Below, in pieces: positions 35,999-48,086 of a stretch of 64,000 nucleotides of DNA (the stretch's first letter is position 1; each line of letters begins with the position of its first letter). Made by a program: the position numbers and the translations under genes. Below the pieces are notes generated by a model. That model did not search any database. It worked only from the letters and a program-made list of their open reading frames with translations, and was not told where the DNA came from. The DNA is from Trypanosoma brucei. Its lineage: Eukaryota. Location: positions 1,696,001 to 1,760,000 of the forward strand of contig CH464491.1 of NCBI GenBank assembly GCA_000002445.1. Direction: 5' to 3'.

Positions 35999-37475
35999 CA
36001 GACACGAAAGTCACAAAACGTTTAAAAAAATAAAGATAGAGTTATGGCGTGTATATATGTATAAATGAGTAGATACGGATGGAGAAAGAAGAGGAAAGTA
36101 CCTGTTGGTGTCGAGGGGTTGAAAGCGCGGAAATAACCCCCCCCCCCTCCCGAAAATATTAATTAGGAAGCCAATAAAAATAAATCAAAAAACAATGCGA
36201 AAGAAGCCTGAGAAAAAAAAAAAAGTAAAGGGAGGGGATACCAGCAATACACGAGTCCCTCAATTCTCCTCTTCTCCTCACGATTATTAATCCCGTGTTG
36301 TTGCCATTCCTGTGGCTTTCCCTTCCGGTGAACGCATATAAGTCTTTGTGAGGTTAAGAGCGGTAATTAAAAGGCACCCGACTTCCATAGTGAGTACAGT
36401 AAACAAACCAAAAAAAAGAGAAAGGTACACAAATAAACGAAACAGTTATAAGAAAGAAATTAATGACGGAGCGAAATCGTGGGCCGAGCTTCCGGGAGTC
36501 CACATACGCTAACGTGTGCTACCGCACGGGACACCGGAAGTTAAGTACGTAGTGTGACGAAAAATGCGGTGAAAAGGAATATTAAAACAGCGACCAACAT
36601 AAAAGGTAGATGAGGAAGAAGGAAAACAAAACAACGAATGAAATTTACGCAGATATATGAAACTCGCACCTAACAAATAATAATTAATGCTATGAGGGAG
36701 GGAAATGAATACGTGATGAAAGAGCGAAATATAAAGGAGATGCACGTTACCTTGTGAAGGGCTAACCCAGCGACCAGAGGCAAAAACGTTAACGCTACAA
36801 GTGCTTTAATTTGAAAACGCTTTAAATGTTGCTGATATTGCTTGTCTTCTTTGCTACTCCTTTCCTCTCACCTTTGGTTGCCCCTTCTTTTCCCACTTCC
36901 GTAACCCCTTTCCACATTTCTCTGCCAACCCAAGTTGGCATTCCCATCCCATCATTTGCTACCGCCCCTTAGTCCGTGGTTCAAAAAAGAGGAAAATGAA
37001 ACAGGGCGAAAACACAACATAAGCCAACACCACGAAGAACAAATAAATTAAGCGCATAGCGGTCGTGCATCAGCATTACCAATTAACTGTGGAAAGATAA
37101 GGAAGTGAATTGAAGTTTGTCAAAAGGAATAATTCCTTTTTTAAAAAAAAAGCGGATAGATTTAGAATGACAGTAAAAAAAAGATAGTAGTAACAAAATG
37201 TACGGTGGTAGGTATAAGTCCGTAAAATGGGTCGAAACGCATGAGCGGTAACTCATGCTCATCCCCGACGTGTGGAAACGAAGGAGGAACAATTCCTTTC
37301 ACATTATCCGCAACAATCTACGGTTATATCTGCTGACCAAAAAGCGGCAACAGCAAAGATTGGTTCGCTTTAGTTATTTAAATTTCCGTCGTAACACGTG
37401 CACACAAGCTTCCTCATCTCGCTAATTAAACTCCTTCCCCTCTCCCGCTCCCTCCATGTGTATGCCTGTGGCTGC

Positions 37476-39212
37476 TCAACAGCACCTTACTTCTTTTTTC
37501 CCTTGAGGAGGGCGCGCTTGCCGAGTATCCTCACGGGCAAACTGTACACTGACGAATTTTCGTAGCACCGGTTGCTGGCGCAGCCACCGCAGGCACTGAA
37601 GGGCGTCCACGGGCCGATCGAAGCGTACAAAAGCGCTCCACCGCGAAAATCCCACGTACGAACGGAAGCCGGCGAACCGCTCCGAATAAAAGTCTTGGCT
37701 CAATATCATTGACATCAGAGTTTCGGCGTTGTCACCATCCGGTACACGAGAAGCACTCGTGGAAACAGTGGTCGCAGTCGTTGAGGCCGTTGCGACTTCT
37801 TCATCCGGTGATGTGGCTGTGGAGCCGACTTGGTTGTTTGGTGACTCAGGTGAACTGGGTTCAGGTGGGTACGCCGGTTGAGGTGACGCGCGGTGACGAT
37901 GGTGGAACTGCGACCACCATTCATACAGAAGCTCCAGAGGATGCGGCTCCCTCCTCTCATCACACTGCCGTGCGTATGCAGACAACCTCCCTCCTCTCCC
38001 AGTCAGTGAGGGTGAGGGTGGGCCCAACGAGGTGGTGGGGGACAAACAATGCGGTGGTCCAGAAGATGTGCCACAAGGCTGCGAGTCGTTCCCAGATGAG
38101 GACCCACCCCGGGCACCCGTAACCCTGACGAACAGTGTGCTGCTGGGCAGCAACTCATCTTTAATCAAGGTCGGTGTAGCAACAAGCCCAGAAGAGCTGC
38201 CTGGCATGAGTTTCTCATCCTGAAGAGTCGCGCGGACGTCATATGGTGGGGTGCCCCTCTCCCAGTCACCTCGGCTCGGAAGGGGAACCTCATGCACGCG
38301 ATGTGAAGGAATTTGTGAAACCCCACCTCGTGCAGCTTCCGCGGCACTAAACAAGCACTCGAGGTTTCCACCAGCACCGCCACAATGAGTGCTGGGGACA
38401 CCATAACACTGTGAGAGATGGTGATGCGTGTAAACGGGTGCTCGCGGTACTGTGGAATGGTTCGATTTGCCGGTGGGAGGACCGGCACCACGTGAACCCG
38501 GTGGTGGAGGTCCTAACTGTGGTTGCCACCCTACAGTCCCTGTTGGTACGAGGTGAAGGGCAGCAGCGGGATCAGTGTTGCCGCTCGTGCTGTGGGGCGC
38601 CACCAAATAATTCGGAGGGTGAACTGACGGCGGCGGGGAAAGGTACTTTGGCCGGCACGCGGGGCTGCTCAGGGACCATTCCGCAATAAGAATCACGCTG
38701 TTAAGCAATAACTCAGTGGATCGAACGGGATCGGCCTCACAACAATTATACTCCTCATATGGAACGGGGTAGCGGAATCGAGACTGTGTTGGCGCCCACG
38801 TGGATGAGCTAACCTTTGAGCAGTCATACGCAATTTGGGCTGTTACAGCCACCTTTTGAAACCACCTCAACGCACGCAAAGCAAAGTCACCAGTCTCGTA
38901 TTCAGCGAAACCGACATCCCGACCCCCACTACGTTTCACACGCAGCTCAATAAGCCCCTCCCCCGGTACATATGGCAGTAGACGCAACCCGTTGTCAATA
39001 GTCAGTGGTAAATTTGTGATAAATATTGTACGCCTGAGAGGAGGTCGGTGCTCCCGCGATGGGGTTGGTGGCATGTGTCTTGAATACTCCTGACAGTGGC
39101 CCGGACACGGAGGCCCATGTGGCAACGGAGGCCCCTCGGGTGCTGCCATTCCAACCTGTTGGTGGGAGGGCAACTGGCCAGCCCCATAGTAGTGGTACAA
39201 CCTCGGACGCAT
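37476..39212 (-). CDS. Proline-rich RNA-binding protein of 578 aa with two RRM-like domains, one N-terminal and one C-terminal.
   Basis: N-terminal RNP-like segment RTIFITNLPLTIDNGLRLLPYVPGEGLIELRVKRSGGRDVGFAEYETGDFALRALRWFQ. C-terminal segment RFAGFRSYVGFSRWSAFVRFDRPVDALQCLRWL. The central region is P/G/S-rich. Real ATG at 39212. Confidence 0.55.
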   Translation of the reverse strand: MRPRLYHYYGAGQLPSHQQVGMAAPEGPPLPHGPPCPGHCQEYSRHMPPTPSREHRPPLRRTIFITNLPLTIDNGLRLLPYVPGEGLIELRVKRSGGRDVGFAEYETGDFALRALRWFQKVAVTAQIAYDCSKVSSSTWAPTQSRFRYPVPYEEYNCCEADPVRSTELLLNSVILIAEWSLSSPACRPKYLSPPPSVHPPNYLVAPHSTSGNTDPAAALHLVPTGTVGWQPQLGPPPPGSRGAGPPTGKSNHSTVPRAPVYTHHHLSQCYGVPSTHCGGAGGNLECLFSAAEAARGGVSQIPSHRVHEVPLPSRGDWERGTPPYDVRATLQDEKLMPGSSSGLVATPTLIKDELLPSSTLFVRVTGARGGSSSGNDSQPCGTSSGPPHCLSPTTSLGPPSPSLTGRGGRLSAYARQCDERREPHPLELLYEWWSQFHHRHRASPQPAYPPEPSSPESPNNQVGSTATSPDEEVATASTTATTVSTSASRVPDGDNAETLMSMILSQDFYSERFAGFRSYVGFSRWSAFVRFDRPVDALQCLRWLRQQPVLRKFVSVQFAREDTRQARPPQGKKEVRCC

Positions 39213-39474
39213 GACGCTCTTTCCCTACAGCACGGCTATTTAATTTAGCTCAAGTCCTTTGCGAACCGTCTCTCCCCCACCCCCTACTCGCCCTCGCCCT
39301 CCCCGGTGTTCCTCGGCCGGTCGAACAAAAAAAGGTGACCGTTATAAGTTGTGATCCCACGCTTACAAACACGAGCAGCAGCGCCCAAAGCGATGTTGAC
39401 CCGAGGCAATGAACAATAACACCAAGCAACAGACGTGTAAATTAATTAACTGCAGTAATTATCCCTGTTCAACC

Positions 39475-39480
<6 letters not shown>

Positions 39481-39521
<41 letters not shown>
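39481..39521. repeat. (TG)n microsatellite, about 20 units.
   Basis: Direct reading: gtgtgtgtgtgtgtgtgtgtgtgtgtgtgtgtgtgtgtgtg. Confidence 0.9.
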
Positions 39522-39524
<3 letters not shown>

Positions 39525-40293
39525 CGCTGCTATATAGGGAACCAGGAGGAGGAAAGGCAATGGACCTTCGCTATATGCGGTAAACAAACGGTGGCCGGAG
39601 CTTATATGCTTATATATATATTCACAAATGTGTGTGAAATATCTCCTCTGTGCGTACGTGTGCTTGAATAAAAAAACAAGGAATAGTAGGGGTGTTGCAA
39701 ACCAGCTGGAGCGAAGCGTCAGACGACGTAGTTACGGCCGCTCCAGAGTAACTTGAACGGTGCACACCACGCTCACAACAACAACGGTAAAAGAACCAAC
39801 ATCTACCCCTTCTCCTCCCTACGGATAGACACCATAACTAAAGTCACCGCCTCCCAGCATTCCTACAGACAAAAAATAAAATATAATAACATCCCTAAAC
39901 TCAAAACGACGTACGCTGAACCGTCAAATCCACGAGTGCCTGAGTCCGCCATGGTGCACTTCTTACCGAACGACGAACGTTCTCGCCACAATGGCCACGG
40001 TTTCCCTCCTTGTAGAGTCAGCTCCCGACGGCATAACCTCTCCACAAACCGCCACAACTTCCCCCCTTTCTCACAAATGCAACCATGCACTCTCCGGTAC
40101 CTAAGGACAGGAAAACAAGAGGCGGCGGTACCCCACACTCGCACAAACACCAACCTTTGCAGTTCAAAACGGAAGAAATGAGGTGATGCCTAAGGGTACC
40201 ACAAGCACAGAGGCAACGCTCCAAACAGGTTGTACAAATCACTCCACTCTAAATCAGGCACACTACGTCGCGGTACGAAGAATCTTTGGCACG

Positions 40294-41103
40294 CTAAAGT
40301 GCAGAAACCACCGCCCTAGGGTTCTTCGAAGCAGCCGCCTCCACCTTGTCGGCCTCACTCGACAAGCCAAGCTCTCGTAACTCCTGCGCTACAGCTAGCG
40401 CAACTGACTTGAAACTGTGCCCAGCAGATATTTTCCCACCTTCAACTGTATGGTAAACGCGGCTTACACCACCAACGACTCCCGCGAAAGCCAGTTCAAT
40501 TTGTTCTGTTGCTGCCACATCATTCAACAGCACCACTCCGAGTGATTCGGGGTTCACGATCAACTGATTTGCCACGGAGGCCGTTCCAACCACCTCAGTG
40601 GTTAATCCCGCCGACTCGATTGTCTCCGTTGAAATCTTTTTAAATAACTCGTTGATGCAATTGTGCTTACTTGCCTGCTTCACGACCAGCACGATGCGTT
40701 TCACTCCCTTCGCCTTTGCCTTCCCAACAGCAACCTCTGCGCTCTTCTTGAAGGCCTCCGTGGCAGACCTCACCTCCTCTTTGGTGTCAATCCCAGCAGA
40801 AGCGTAAACGTCAAGAGCGTCCCGTAACTGCACGGAGTCGGGTGCAGCACGGGGAAGGACTGCGCGCACAACAACAGTTGACACACCAGAAAAAAGAGGG
40901 TCCTGAGCCGACTTGGGGGCCTCCGTCACGGCAGTGTGCACACCGATTGGAGTTTCTGGCCCAACAACGACGGCATGGCGACCAGCTTCCTTCGCTGTTT
41001 TGGTCTGCACACGACCGCCCGCAACCTTACTGACGATAGCACTGGCTGACTGCAGGACGGCAGCAGTGGCGCCCGCTGATATAAACGTTAGTTGCTTCGA
41101 CAT
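40294..41103 (-). CDS. Hypothetical protein of 269 aa with an isocitrate / isopropylmalate dehydrogenase-like fold, truncated and catalytically degenerate.
   Basis: The segments VKQASKHNCINELFKKI, VGTASVANQLIVNPESLGVVLLNDVAATEQIELAFAGVVGG and NPRAVV.. line up with IDH/IMDH motifs (VHKANIMK..LF..I; VDNASMQ..P..FDVLV.PNLYGDILSD.AA.L.GGLG; NPTAMI). The NLYGD active-site block is replaced and the N-terminal third of the enzyme is absent. The ORF-track start is TTG; the real ATG is at 41103 (MSKQLTF). Confidence 0.5.
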   Translation of the reverse strand: MSKQLTFISAGATAAVLQSASAIVSKVAGGRVQTKTAKEAGRHAVVVGPETPIGVHTAVTEAPKSAQDPLFSGVSTVVVRAVLPRAAPDSVQLRDALDVYASAGIDTKEEVRSATEAFKKSAEVAVGKAKAKGVKRIVLVVKQASKHNCINELFKKISTETIESAGLTTEVVGTASVANQLIVNPESLGVVLLNDVAATEQIELAFAGVVGGVSRVYHTVEGGKISAGHSFKSVALAVAQELRELGLSSEADKVEAAASKNPRAVVSAL

Positions 41104-42212
41104 TCCGGGCAAAATGAAACTTCCCTCTCTCTTTTGTGCCTCGGTTTGTGAGCGAGCTCGTAAATTACCAACTAAAGAGGGGGGAAATGGAGAAAATTAA
41201 CAGATAAAAGAAAAAAATAGCACGTTCATCTTTCGGATAGTTAGTTCAACACCGGGCAAGCGCGGTGCAAAAGCAGGGAGACAAATACATAGGTGGAGAA
41301 GTCAAGTCAGCACACTGCAACACGGTTTTTTTATTTTTTTTGTTTTGCCACTGGCGAAACGTCACCCTACACTTATCAGGCGATTTACCAACTCCCGCGT
41401 CACACCCCACGCCTCAGTGGTGAAAAGAGTGGAGGGAGTTCTTTGAATCCCACCGCACTCACCCACCGACTGCGCTGCTTTGGCAGCTTAAGAAAAAAGG
41501 AAAAGAAATGCATAGCGGCTGCATCGCGGACCCGCGGGATGCACGCACTGTGGGAATTGGCCTCGAAAGAAGCGAAAAAAAAGTGCAAAAGGGGTCCCTT
41601 GGGCGCGGAACATCTACGACATCAGGACGCACTACAAGGCAATAAGGAGCGACTGTTTATATGCTATGAACTCCTCGTTCCTCCAATGTCCCTTCTCAAG
41701 ACCCCAACTCACCTGCGATAACACGCCCCTACATGTGCAAAATTATTGGTACCCAGCTGGAGTTTACTCCGCTCCCTAGTTAAGCAATCCCGTCACTGTT
41801 CTCCCAAATGTGGTAGACGCAGAGAAAAATCAAGCAATGAGGGGGGGGGATTAGCTGCAATATTTATTGGGAATGTTCCGAGGCGAACCGCCTTTCTTTG
41901 GCATAGAGCGGCCAACTAGGGTCGGTAGACCAAGGCAAACCACTCAATCAACAGATGCATGTAGGGGCACGTGAAGAAAAATTGACTTCGAGCCCCATAA
42001 ACTTTTTCTTAACATAAGCAACTGCAATCGTCGAACTAAATCAGCCCCACGAATGGAAATAAAGTGGATAAGGGTATTCCTCCAATACACGACGCTGTTC
42101 GTGCAAACTTGCTGCGGGGAGGGAAGTTTCTGTTACATATGCTGGGAAACCTCCCAAGCGCTTCGGCAAGAGTTCCAAGGTGGTTCAGCGATACCCCCAC
42201 GACAAATACCTG

Positions 42213-44615
42213 CTATGCGAGGTTAGTTGGAGCGCGTCCCCCCAAAAACTCGTATGTCTCCCAAAGATGAATGAGATCTAATACCGTGGGACACATCAGT
42301 AGTGTGTGTGGCGGAAACGGCAGCCTCGTGTAATGTGATAACCTACGTGTAAACTCCACTCCGGTCTGCAACAGAACACACCCGGAATGCACCTCGTAAT
42401 ACTTCACCGTAGGCGAAACCTGGTGCACACCAACTGCTCCAGGAGGTTGCCCATTCGCAACGACGATATACTCAGGTAAGCCACAAGACTGCTCTTGTGT
42501 TGCCATCACATCCTCCCACAAACAGTTCACGGAGGGAACACCACAACTAGTGCACGTGCCTGTCACAGGATGCGACACCTCGCACAAGCGCTGGTAACAT
42601 TCATTGATTTCCCTTCCAGTTTCTGGCCTTTTCATAACCAGTCCAAAGTCGACAAAGGTGCAGGAAAGGGTTTCCGTATATGCGAGTCGGGGTTCACACT
42701 CCCAGGATATAACTTTCAATATATCGTTGATTACGGCACACTTATTGAGGGTAGACTCCATAACGTGTTTGGCTCTACCCCTGCGAGGCGTCGAAAGGAT
42801 ATTCAGGGCGACAACGTCTGCAGGCTCAGATAGTACTACAACATCCCGTTGCTCCCACTCAACAAGCTTTCCAATACCCGGTTCGGTTGCGGAAAAGTCA
42901 AGTAACACATCGCCGTTTTGTAGCTGCTGGAGAGAATGTGTCAAGTCGTGGGAAGAACAAGTCACTGCCCGAGCAACTTCATCCAAAAGAGAGCCTATAG
43001 ACTCACTACTCCATGGCTTCCCGTCAACGGGAGAGTACACAGTTAAATGCATAGATGATGCATCTAGTTCCACACCGTTGTCACTCCAAAGCTGCAGAAG
43101 TTGGAGATGTTTAGACTGATTGTAGAAAAGGCTGTTCTCGGGAGTAAATATGGGAAGAAACTCCTTGTGCACCTTGATACCAGCGGCGCATGCGTAGCGC
43201 AGCACAAGAATGTCGAGGCGTTCCAGATCTACGGGATTGCCACAAACGATAGCGCAGCGGGTGCTTATAACTCGCGTTATCTCAACCTTGGAGAGGGGAA
43301 TAACACAAGCTGTCGGGCCTTCTGTGCGATCATAACGTGCCCGGGAAAAAATCTGGACTTGGTTTATCCTCTCAACCAAAAGCTGCAGGCATGGTATCGT
43401 TATGTTAACTAGAAGTAGAGCGAAGCTACAATTAGAGCACTTCCGTACATGGGTTTCAAGGCATCTCTCATCGTCAATGTAAACTGAACCGACAAAAAAC
43501 GCCGCATGGTACATGTTTGAGACGTTTCGCAGCAGGTCCTCCTCTGTTGGAGACATGGCAATGGCTAGTGCGGCTAGCACGTCCTTCCCACACGTGAGCA
43601 GCCCACCTCGCAGGCGAAGGATATCGAAGAGATTACGATACCCATGCTGCTTAGCCGTAACGTAGAAACAGGATGCGGCGTACAGCACACTAAACGGCCA
43701 GGCGACCAACGAGTAGTCAAAGAAGTACTCCCCAGGGGCGTCTGAAGGGTTGCGCAGGAACTCCACGATGTTTACAACATCCGGAAAAAGTGGCGGGCAC
43801 TGATCCACTACATGCTCCACAAACGGCTCCAGCAACTGGCGGTGCCGCTTGAAGAGGGCAGCAAAAGATTCGAAGCGGTCACGCTCCATCATGCTAAACA
43901 GACCAAAAACACTACACGCGGGTTGCCGCGGCAGTTTTGGGATATACTTGGATGCCCCACCCCACACTTCTGGCAGGGTCGCGTCACCTGCATCTTTTCC
44001 AACATCAGGAGAGCCGTAGTGCTGCAGCAAGTCACGCAAACTCGATACGCGCACGCGCCCACACCCGCAAGCTGCGTTGCCAACAGGTAAGAGTTCGCTA
44101 TAAGAGCTACTTCGCCCCATTCTCGTACCCCTGTTGCTGCAATGACTCGCAGGCGCGGCCACAGACCATGTTGCCGCAGCGGGGCTTGCACTGATATCAC
44201 TCCCGGGTTTACCGAAATCCTGATCGCCAGCCCGCCTCGGGTTGCGTAACGAGACGGCCCGCTTCCGTACTGGCGGAAGCACATTTTCTACATCAAAGGA
44301 CTCACAAGCATTAAGCGCACAACTCCTCATAGTTGTGGTGCTTCGAGTTGCCTCTGTGCTCGGTTGCGACTTGGGCCCCACCGAGCGAGACTGGGATACA
44401 TCTCGTGAAACAACTTCCCCATGATAAGGAACACCAGCTTCCCAACTTCGCCGCGACAGAAAGGGGGGGATCCCTTCAGTTTGCGCAGGCACAACCTCAT
44501 GCAAATGCGGCGATTGAGAGTCGCCAGGGTACGTTTTGTTGCGATTAACAATGTTTTCACTAGAATCCACAGCGGAATAGCGCCGCAATGGGCATCCTTC
44601 AGCTCCATCCGCCAT
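42213..44615 (-). CDS. Hypothetical protein of about 800 aa with no recognisable domain; Cys-rich in places.
   Basis: Long uninterrupted ORF on the strand of its neighbours, with non-repetitive composition. The ORF-track start at 44717 is TTG; the first ATG at 44615 gives MADGAEGCPLRR.... Confidence 0.6.
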   Translation of the reverse strand: MADGAEGCPLRRYSAVDSSENIVNRNKTYPGDSQSPHLHEVVPAQTEGIPPFLSRRSWEAGVPYHGEVVSRDVSQSRSVGPKSQPSTEATRSTTTMRSCALNACESFDVENVLPPVRKRAVSLRNPRRAGDQDFGKPGSDISASPAAATWSVAAPASHCSNRGTRMGRSSSYSELLPVGNAACGCGRVRVSSLRDLLQHYGSPDVGKDAGDATLPEVWGGASKYIPKLPRQPACSVFGLFSMMERDRFESFAALFKRHRQLLEPFVEHVVDQCPPLFPDVVNIVEFLRNPSDAPGEYFFDYSLVAWPFSVLYAASCFYVTAKQHGYRNLFDILRLRGGLLTCGKDVLAALAIAMSPTEEDLLRNVSNMYHAAFFVGSVYIDDERCLETHVRKCSNCSFALLLVNITIPCLQLLVERINQVQIFSRARYDRTEGPTACVIPLSKVEITRVISTRCAIVCGNPVDLERLDILVLRYACAAGIKVHKEFLPIFTPENSLFYNQSKHLQLLQLWSDNGVELDASSMHLTVYSPVDGKPWSSESIGSLLDEVARAVTCSSHDLTHSLQQLQNGDVLLDFSATEPGIGKLVEWEQRDVVVLSEPADVVALNILSTPRRGRAKHVMESTLNKCAVINDILKVISWECEPRLAYTETLSCTFVDFGLVMKRPETGREINECYQRLCEVSHPVTGTCTSCGVPSVNCLWEDVMATQEQSCGLPEYIVVANGQPPGAVGVHQVSPTVKYYEVHSGCVLLQTGVEFTRRLSHYTRLPFPPHTLLMCPTVLDLIHLWETYEFLGGRAPTNLA

Positions 44616-45215
44616 AGGAGCTCCTTGCTGTGACCTGCACAGCCCCTGAAAGCAAAAAAAAGAGGGAGAAAAAGAAGAATTTACTAAACCCAGCGATTTC
44701 TCTACACCCCTTACCAATGACTGCTGATTAGTAGTTAAATTTCCTGTGTTAATCTTAATGCAATAAAATGGAACCCCACAACATCTGGCAAACGAATCGT
44801 TTCTTCGAGGCCTTCACCCTAAAAGGGAATTCCTCTGTTATCCGCAGCAGATACACACAAAGAGCTAATGCGACCAAAGCACAACGGTAAAGAAATCATC
44901 AATGGCCGCGTGCCGTTCCACTCCCCTCACCAGCAGCCCAGTCGCCTGTGAGCAGGCACATCGCCAACCAACAATAGTGGATAGGGATTATGAAGCCTCA
45001 AAATACTGGAAAAGTCACCGGTGCAGACGTATACCAAAAGCAACGGGACTCACAGCGGTCCTCATCACCAACCCCGGTCTTTCAGTATTCACGCACCAGC
45101 CGCACTCGCGTACGAACACTGTTCAGGGCAGGAAAAGTTGTCAAGGGCAGCAGACAACAGGAAGACAACTGCAAATAAGTGGCAACCGCGCAGTAGCGGA
45201 TTCGGTCCCACGGTC

Positions 45216-46910
45216 TCAAAAAAACAGTGTCACAGCGGCGTGGTCGGTGTGACGCAAGGCTACAGAACGATACACATACCGGCGCAACGCCCCCACGCCA
45301 GTTCCGCCGTGGGCAGTAGCACTGCTTCCCGCCACCGATTGTGAAGTTCGGCGCCCTGTCATGAGTTCCAACGCGGGAGGGTTCCACAAGACGCGGTCAC
45401 ACCACGCGGGTACACGCCTCCGCCCGTATGGATGGTGTGGTATGGAAGAAAGGCGTTCCAACACGCGAACCACGCTTATCCTGTCACTGGTCCCACTCTC
45501 TCGTTTATCCTCCCCATCATTAACCAAATGGACAGGAGTATCAATCTGGAAAGTCGCTTCCTCCGAATCCCTCGGGGATTGACACAAATATGTTGGGGGA
45601 AACCGAACCGCAAATTCCGCTAGCTCCATGCCACTCTGCTGCGCCACTACGTCCAGCAGGCGCTGCACCTCAACATCGTAAGGTCGGATTACTCCCATAT
45701 GCTGTGGGTTTTCAAAAAGCTCCCAGAAACTGTCCGGCGCCCGCACGTCACCGTCTGAAACTTTAACGTCCAGATTCTCCACTTCTTTTAAATACTGTAG
45801 CATATTATGCACGTCGAGGCGCGTATTAAAGTCGCCAAAAATGAACAGGGGGTCATCGGGGGAGATGAATGCCGCACACTCCGCCAAGGTTTCGAGCAGT
45901 GCCTCCTGACGCTGCAAAGCATAGGGGCTAGGACTCGCTGCCGCTGCCTCCTTGCTTTTCTTGTCGTTGTAGAGGTGCACGTTCAAAAAGTTCACCACAA
46001 CAGTGCCGAGGCGAAGTGATATGAGCAAATATCCTTTCCGAGACTCACCGGCACCAGAAAACTTCCCGCCGTGAAATAGAATAGTAGGCGAACTCCCGTA
46101 TGTCACAGGGTCGTCACCCACACAAACGAAGGTACGGTGGTGAAAGGAAAGAATGCTACTGATAGGGCACATGCGGTGAGACAGGTACACAACGCTTCCC
46201 ACAGCGGTGAATTGGTCCTCATCATCATTCGCCCGCATTAGTAATCCGGAGGTCCATCCAGCCTCCGGCAGTAGCTCCTGCAGGGCGTTAGCGAAGTAGT
46301 TGTTAAATTCTGTATGGAAACTCTTACCCCCGATTTCTTGGAAATGCACTACGATCACATCAATCAGTGGGGGTGGTCCCTGGCCACCAATATCGGCTGC
46401 CGAAGGATGAGAAGGGTCGTCGTCACCTGTGTTGCTCACTCTGATGTGCGCTGTGTACTCGCGGCGGCTGTATTCGAATATCAGCAACCGCAGCTCTGAA
46501 AGAAACTCCCTTACATCCTTCTGAGCATCCGAAGAGAGCTCATCATTACCGGCCTGTTTCTCACATTCCCTTCTGTGCTCTTCACCACCTTCTTTTGCCC
46601 CAGCGGCAGTGTCCCCAATGGCACCAACATTCTGAGTTATCATGAGCATTCTAAAGGGAAAATCGGGAGGCGAATGCGTGGAGAAGCGGGAGTACCCAGT
46701 GATGCAGTCCATCGGGGCGCCTCCCTTTGATGAAACCGGCCCCTCAACATGCGATAAATCACGCTGAGCAACCGCTGGTACGCCGCCGCTAAACGCCTCC
46801 TGCGCAGTGGTAGGCACCCCGGTAGACGTGGCATTACGCGGATCCCAGCCTGTCTGATGCTGTTGCGCGGACCGGAGTGTTGAGGTTATACCTTCCAGTA
46901 GGCTGCGCAT
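45216..46910 (-). CDS. Inositol polyphosphate 5-phosphatase-like protein of the endonuclease/exonuclease/phosphatase (EEP) superfamily, about 564 aa.
   Basis: Carries the two signature 5-phosphatase motifs: FIFGDFNTRLD (the GD[LF]N[YF]R class) and PAWCDRVLW (P[AS]W[CT]DRIL). The ORF-track start is GTG; the first ATG at 46910 gives MRSLLEG.... Confidence 0.7.
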   Translation of the reverse strand: MRSLLEGITSTLRSAQQHQTGWDPRNATSTGVPTTAQEAFSGGVPAVAQRDLSHVEGPVSSKGGAPMDCITGYSRFSTHSPPDFPFRMLMITQNVGAIGDTAAGAKEGGEEHRRECEKQAGNDELSSDAQKDVREFLSELRLLIFEYSRREYTAHIRVSNTGDDDPSHPSAADIGGQGPPPLIDVIVVHFQEIGGKSFHTEFNNYFANALQELLPEAGWTSGLLMRANDDEDQFTAVGSVVYLSHRMCPISSILSFHHRTFVCVGDDPVTYGSSPTILFHGGKFSGAGESRKGYLLISLRLGTVVVNFLNVHLYNDKKSKEAAAASPSPYALQRQEALLETLAECAAFISPDDPLFIFGDFNTRLDVHNMLQYLKEVENLDVKVSDGDVRAPDSFWELFENPQHMGVIRPYDVEVQRLLDVVAQQSGMELAEFAVRFPPTYLCQSPRDSEEATFQIDTPVHLVNDGEDKRESGTSDRISVVRVLERLSSIPHHPYGRRRVPAWCDRVLWNPPALELMTGRRTSQSVAGSSATAHGGTGVGALRRYVYRSVALRHTDHAAVTLFF

Positions 46911-48086
46911 TCGGATCTCGCGTTCCTTTTCGGGAGGACAACACGCGATCTTTTCAAAATACACTTATTGCTACTCCCCTCAAGGACAACTCTACTTCTA
47001 TTGCTCCTAAACCTCTACGAATGCAAGCCGCAGTAAAAAAAAAAAAATGGCCGCCAGGGGCACAACCAGAGTATCGGGCGGAGAACCCTAGTGGGCAACG
47101 AAATGATCTCCACGGCGGTAGCGTAATTCAATTCCCTTGGTTTATTGCCCTTAACCTAACAGTCCCCCCCCAACGTACGATTAACGCAGAAACAAATGTT
47201 TACGTAAAGAAATATAACATGCCCATTAACTTATAACGTTTTACTTTCACACACACACGCACAAACGATACCCCTTCTTCTCCCTCAATCCCTACCTCTT
47301 TATACCAATCTAACTTTGTTTTGGTTTTGCTTCACTTACATCTTTCCTTCCTCCCTCGTCCAAACAAAAAAAAAACGTACGTACTGCACAAATCTCTTCT
47401 CCCCAACACTAAACTTGCACTACCGCGTGATTCTTTCACCCCGAGAACAGAAGCTCTCATATCCCCGCGGCACCCATCACTTTCCATATAGGTTCTCTCG
47501 CCTTTTGAGGGGCTATCAATACCGAAACAAGGAAGGGAAGAAGAGAGCCGCGGCGGAACCCCTCCGGGGAAAAGTTTGCGTCTAGTAGCCTGTATCAGGT
47601 TTAAAAAAAAACGATAAGTTAAAGAGAGAAAAAATAACTATCGGCAGACACTTCCTGTCCGTCAATTTGCCCACCTACACCCCCTTCCCTGCATCCCCAA
47701 GCTTGGGAAACGGTCACGACTATCGCTTAATAGACGCCTCCATGCTATAATTGAGATGACAACCACTGAAAAAAAAAACCTGCAGGGGGTCGATCAGTCG
47801 TAAAATTTAAAAAAAAGGTGATGGGGTGATGAATTTTCCCAATATTCGCTGCTGGCGGGAAAACATTGCTTAAGTGTTGACGCACACTCTGGGTGATGGG
47901 AATACAGGTACTACTCAATTGGCGTCACTGGAACAGGGTGAATCTACCGCGCACACAGTGCCATAACGGACAATGCAGATTGTATTTCATGTTTGTTTGT
48001 TTTTCAATAGGGTTTAATTACATCAACTGCAGTAACATCCCCCACGTTCGAGCTGAGCGAGACACGGGTTCCCTCCCACGTCCTTT

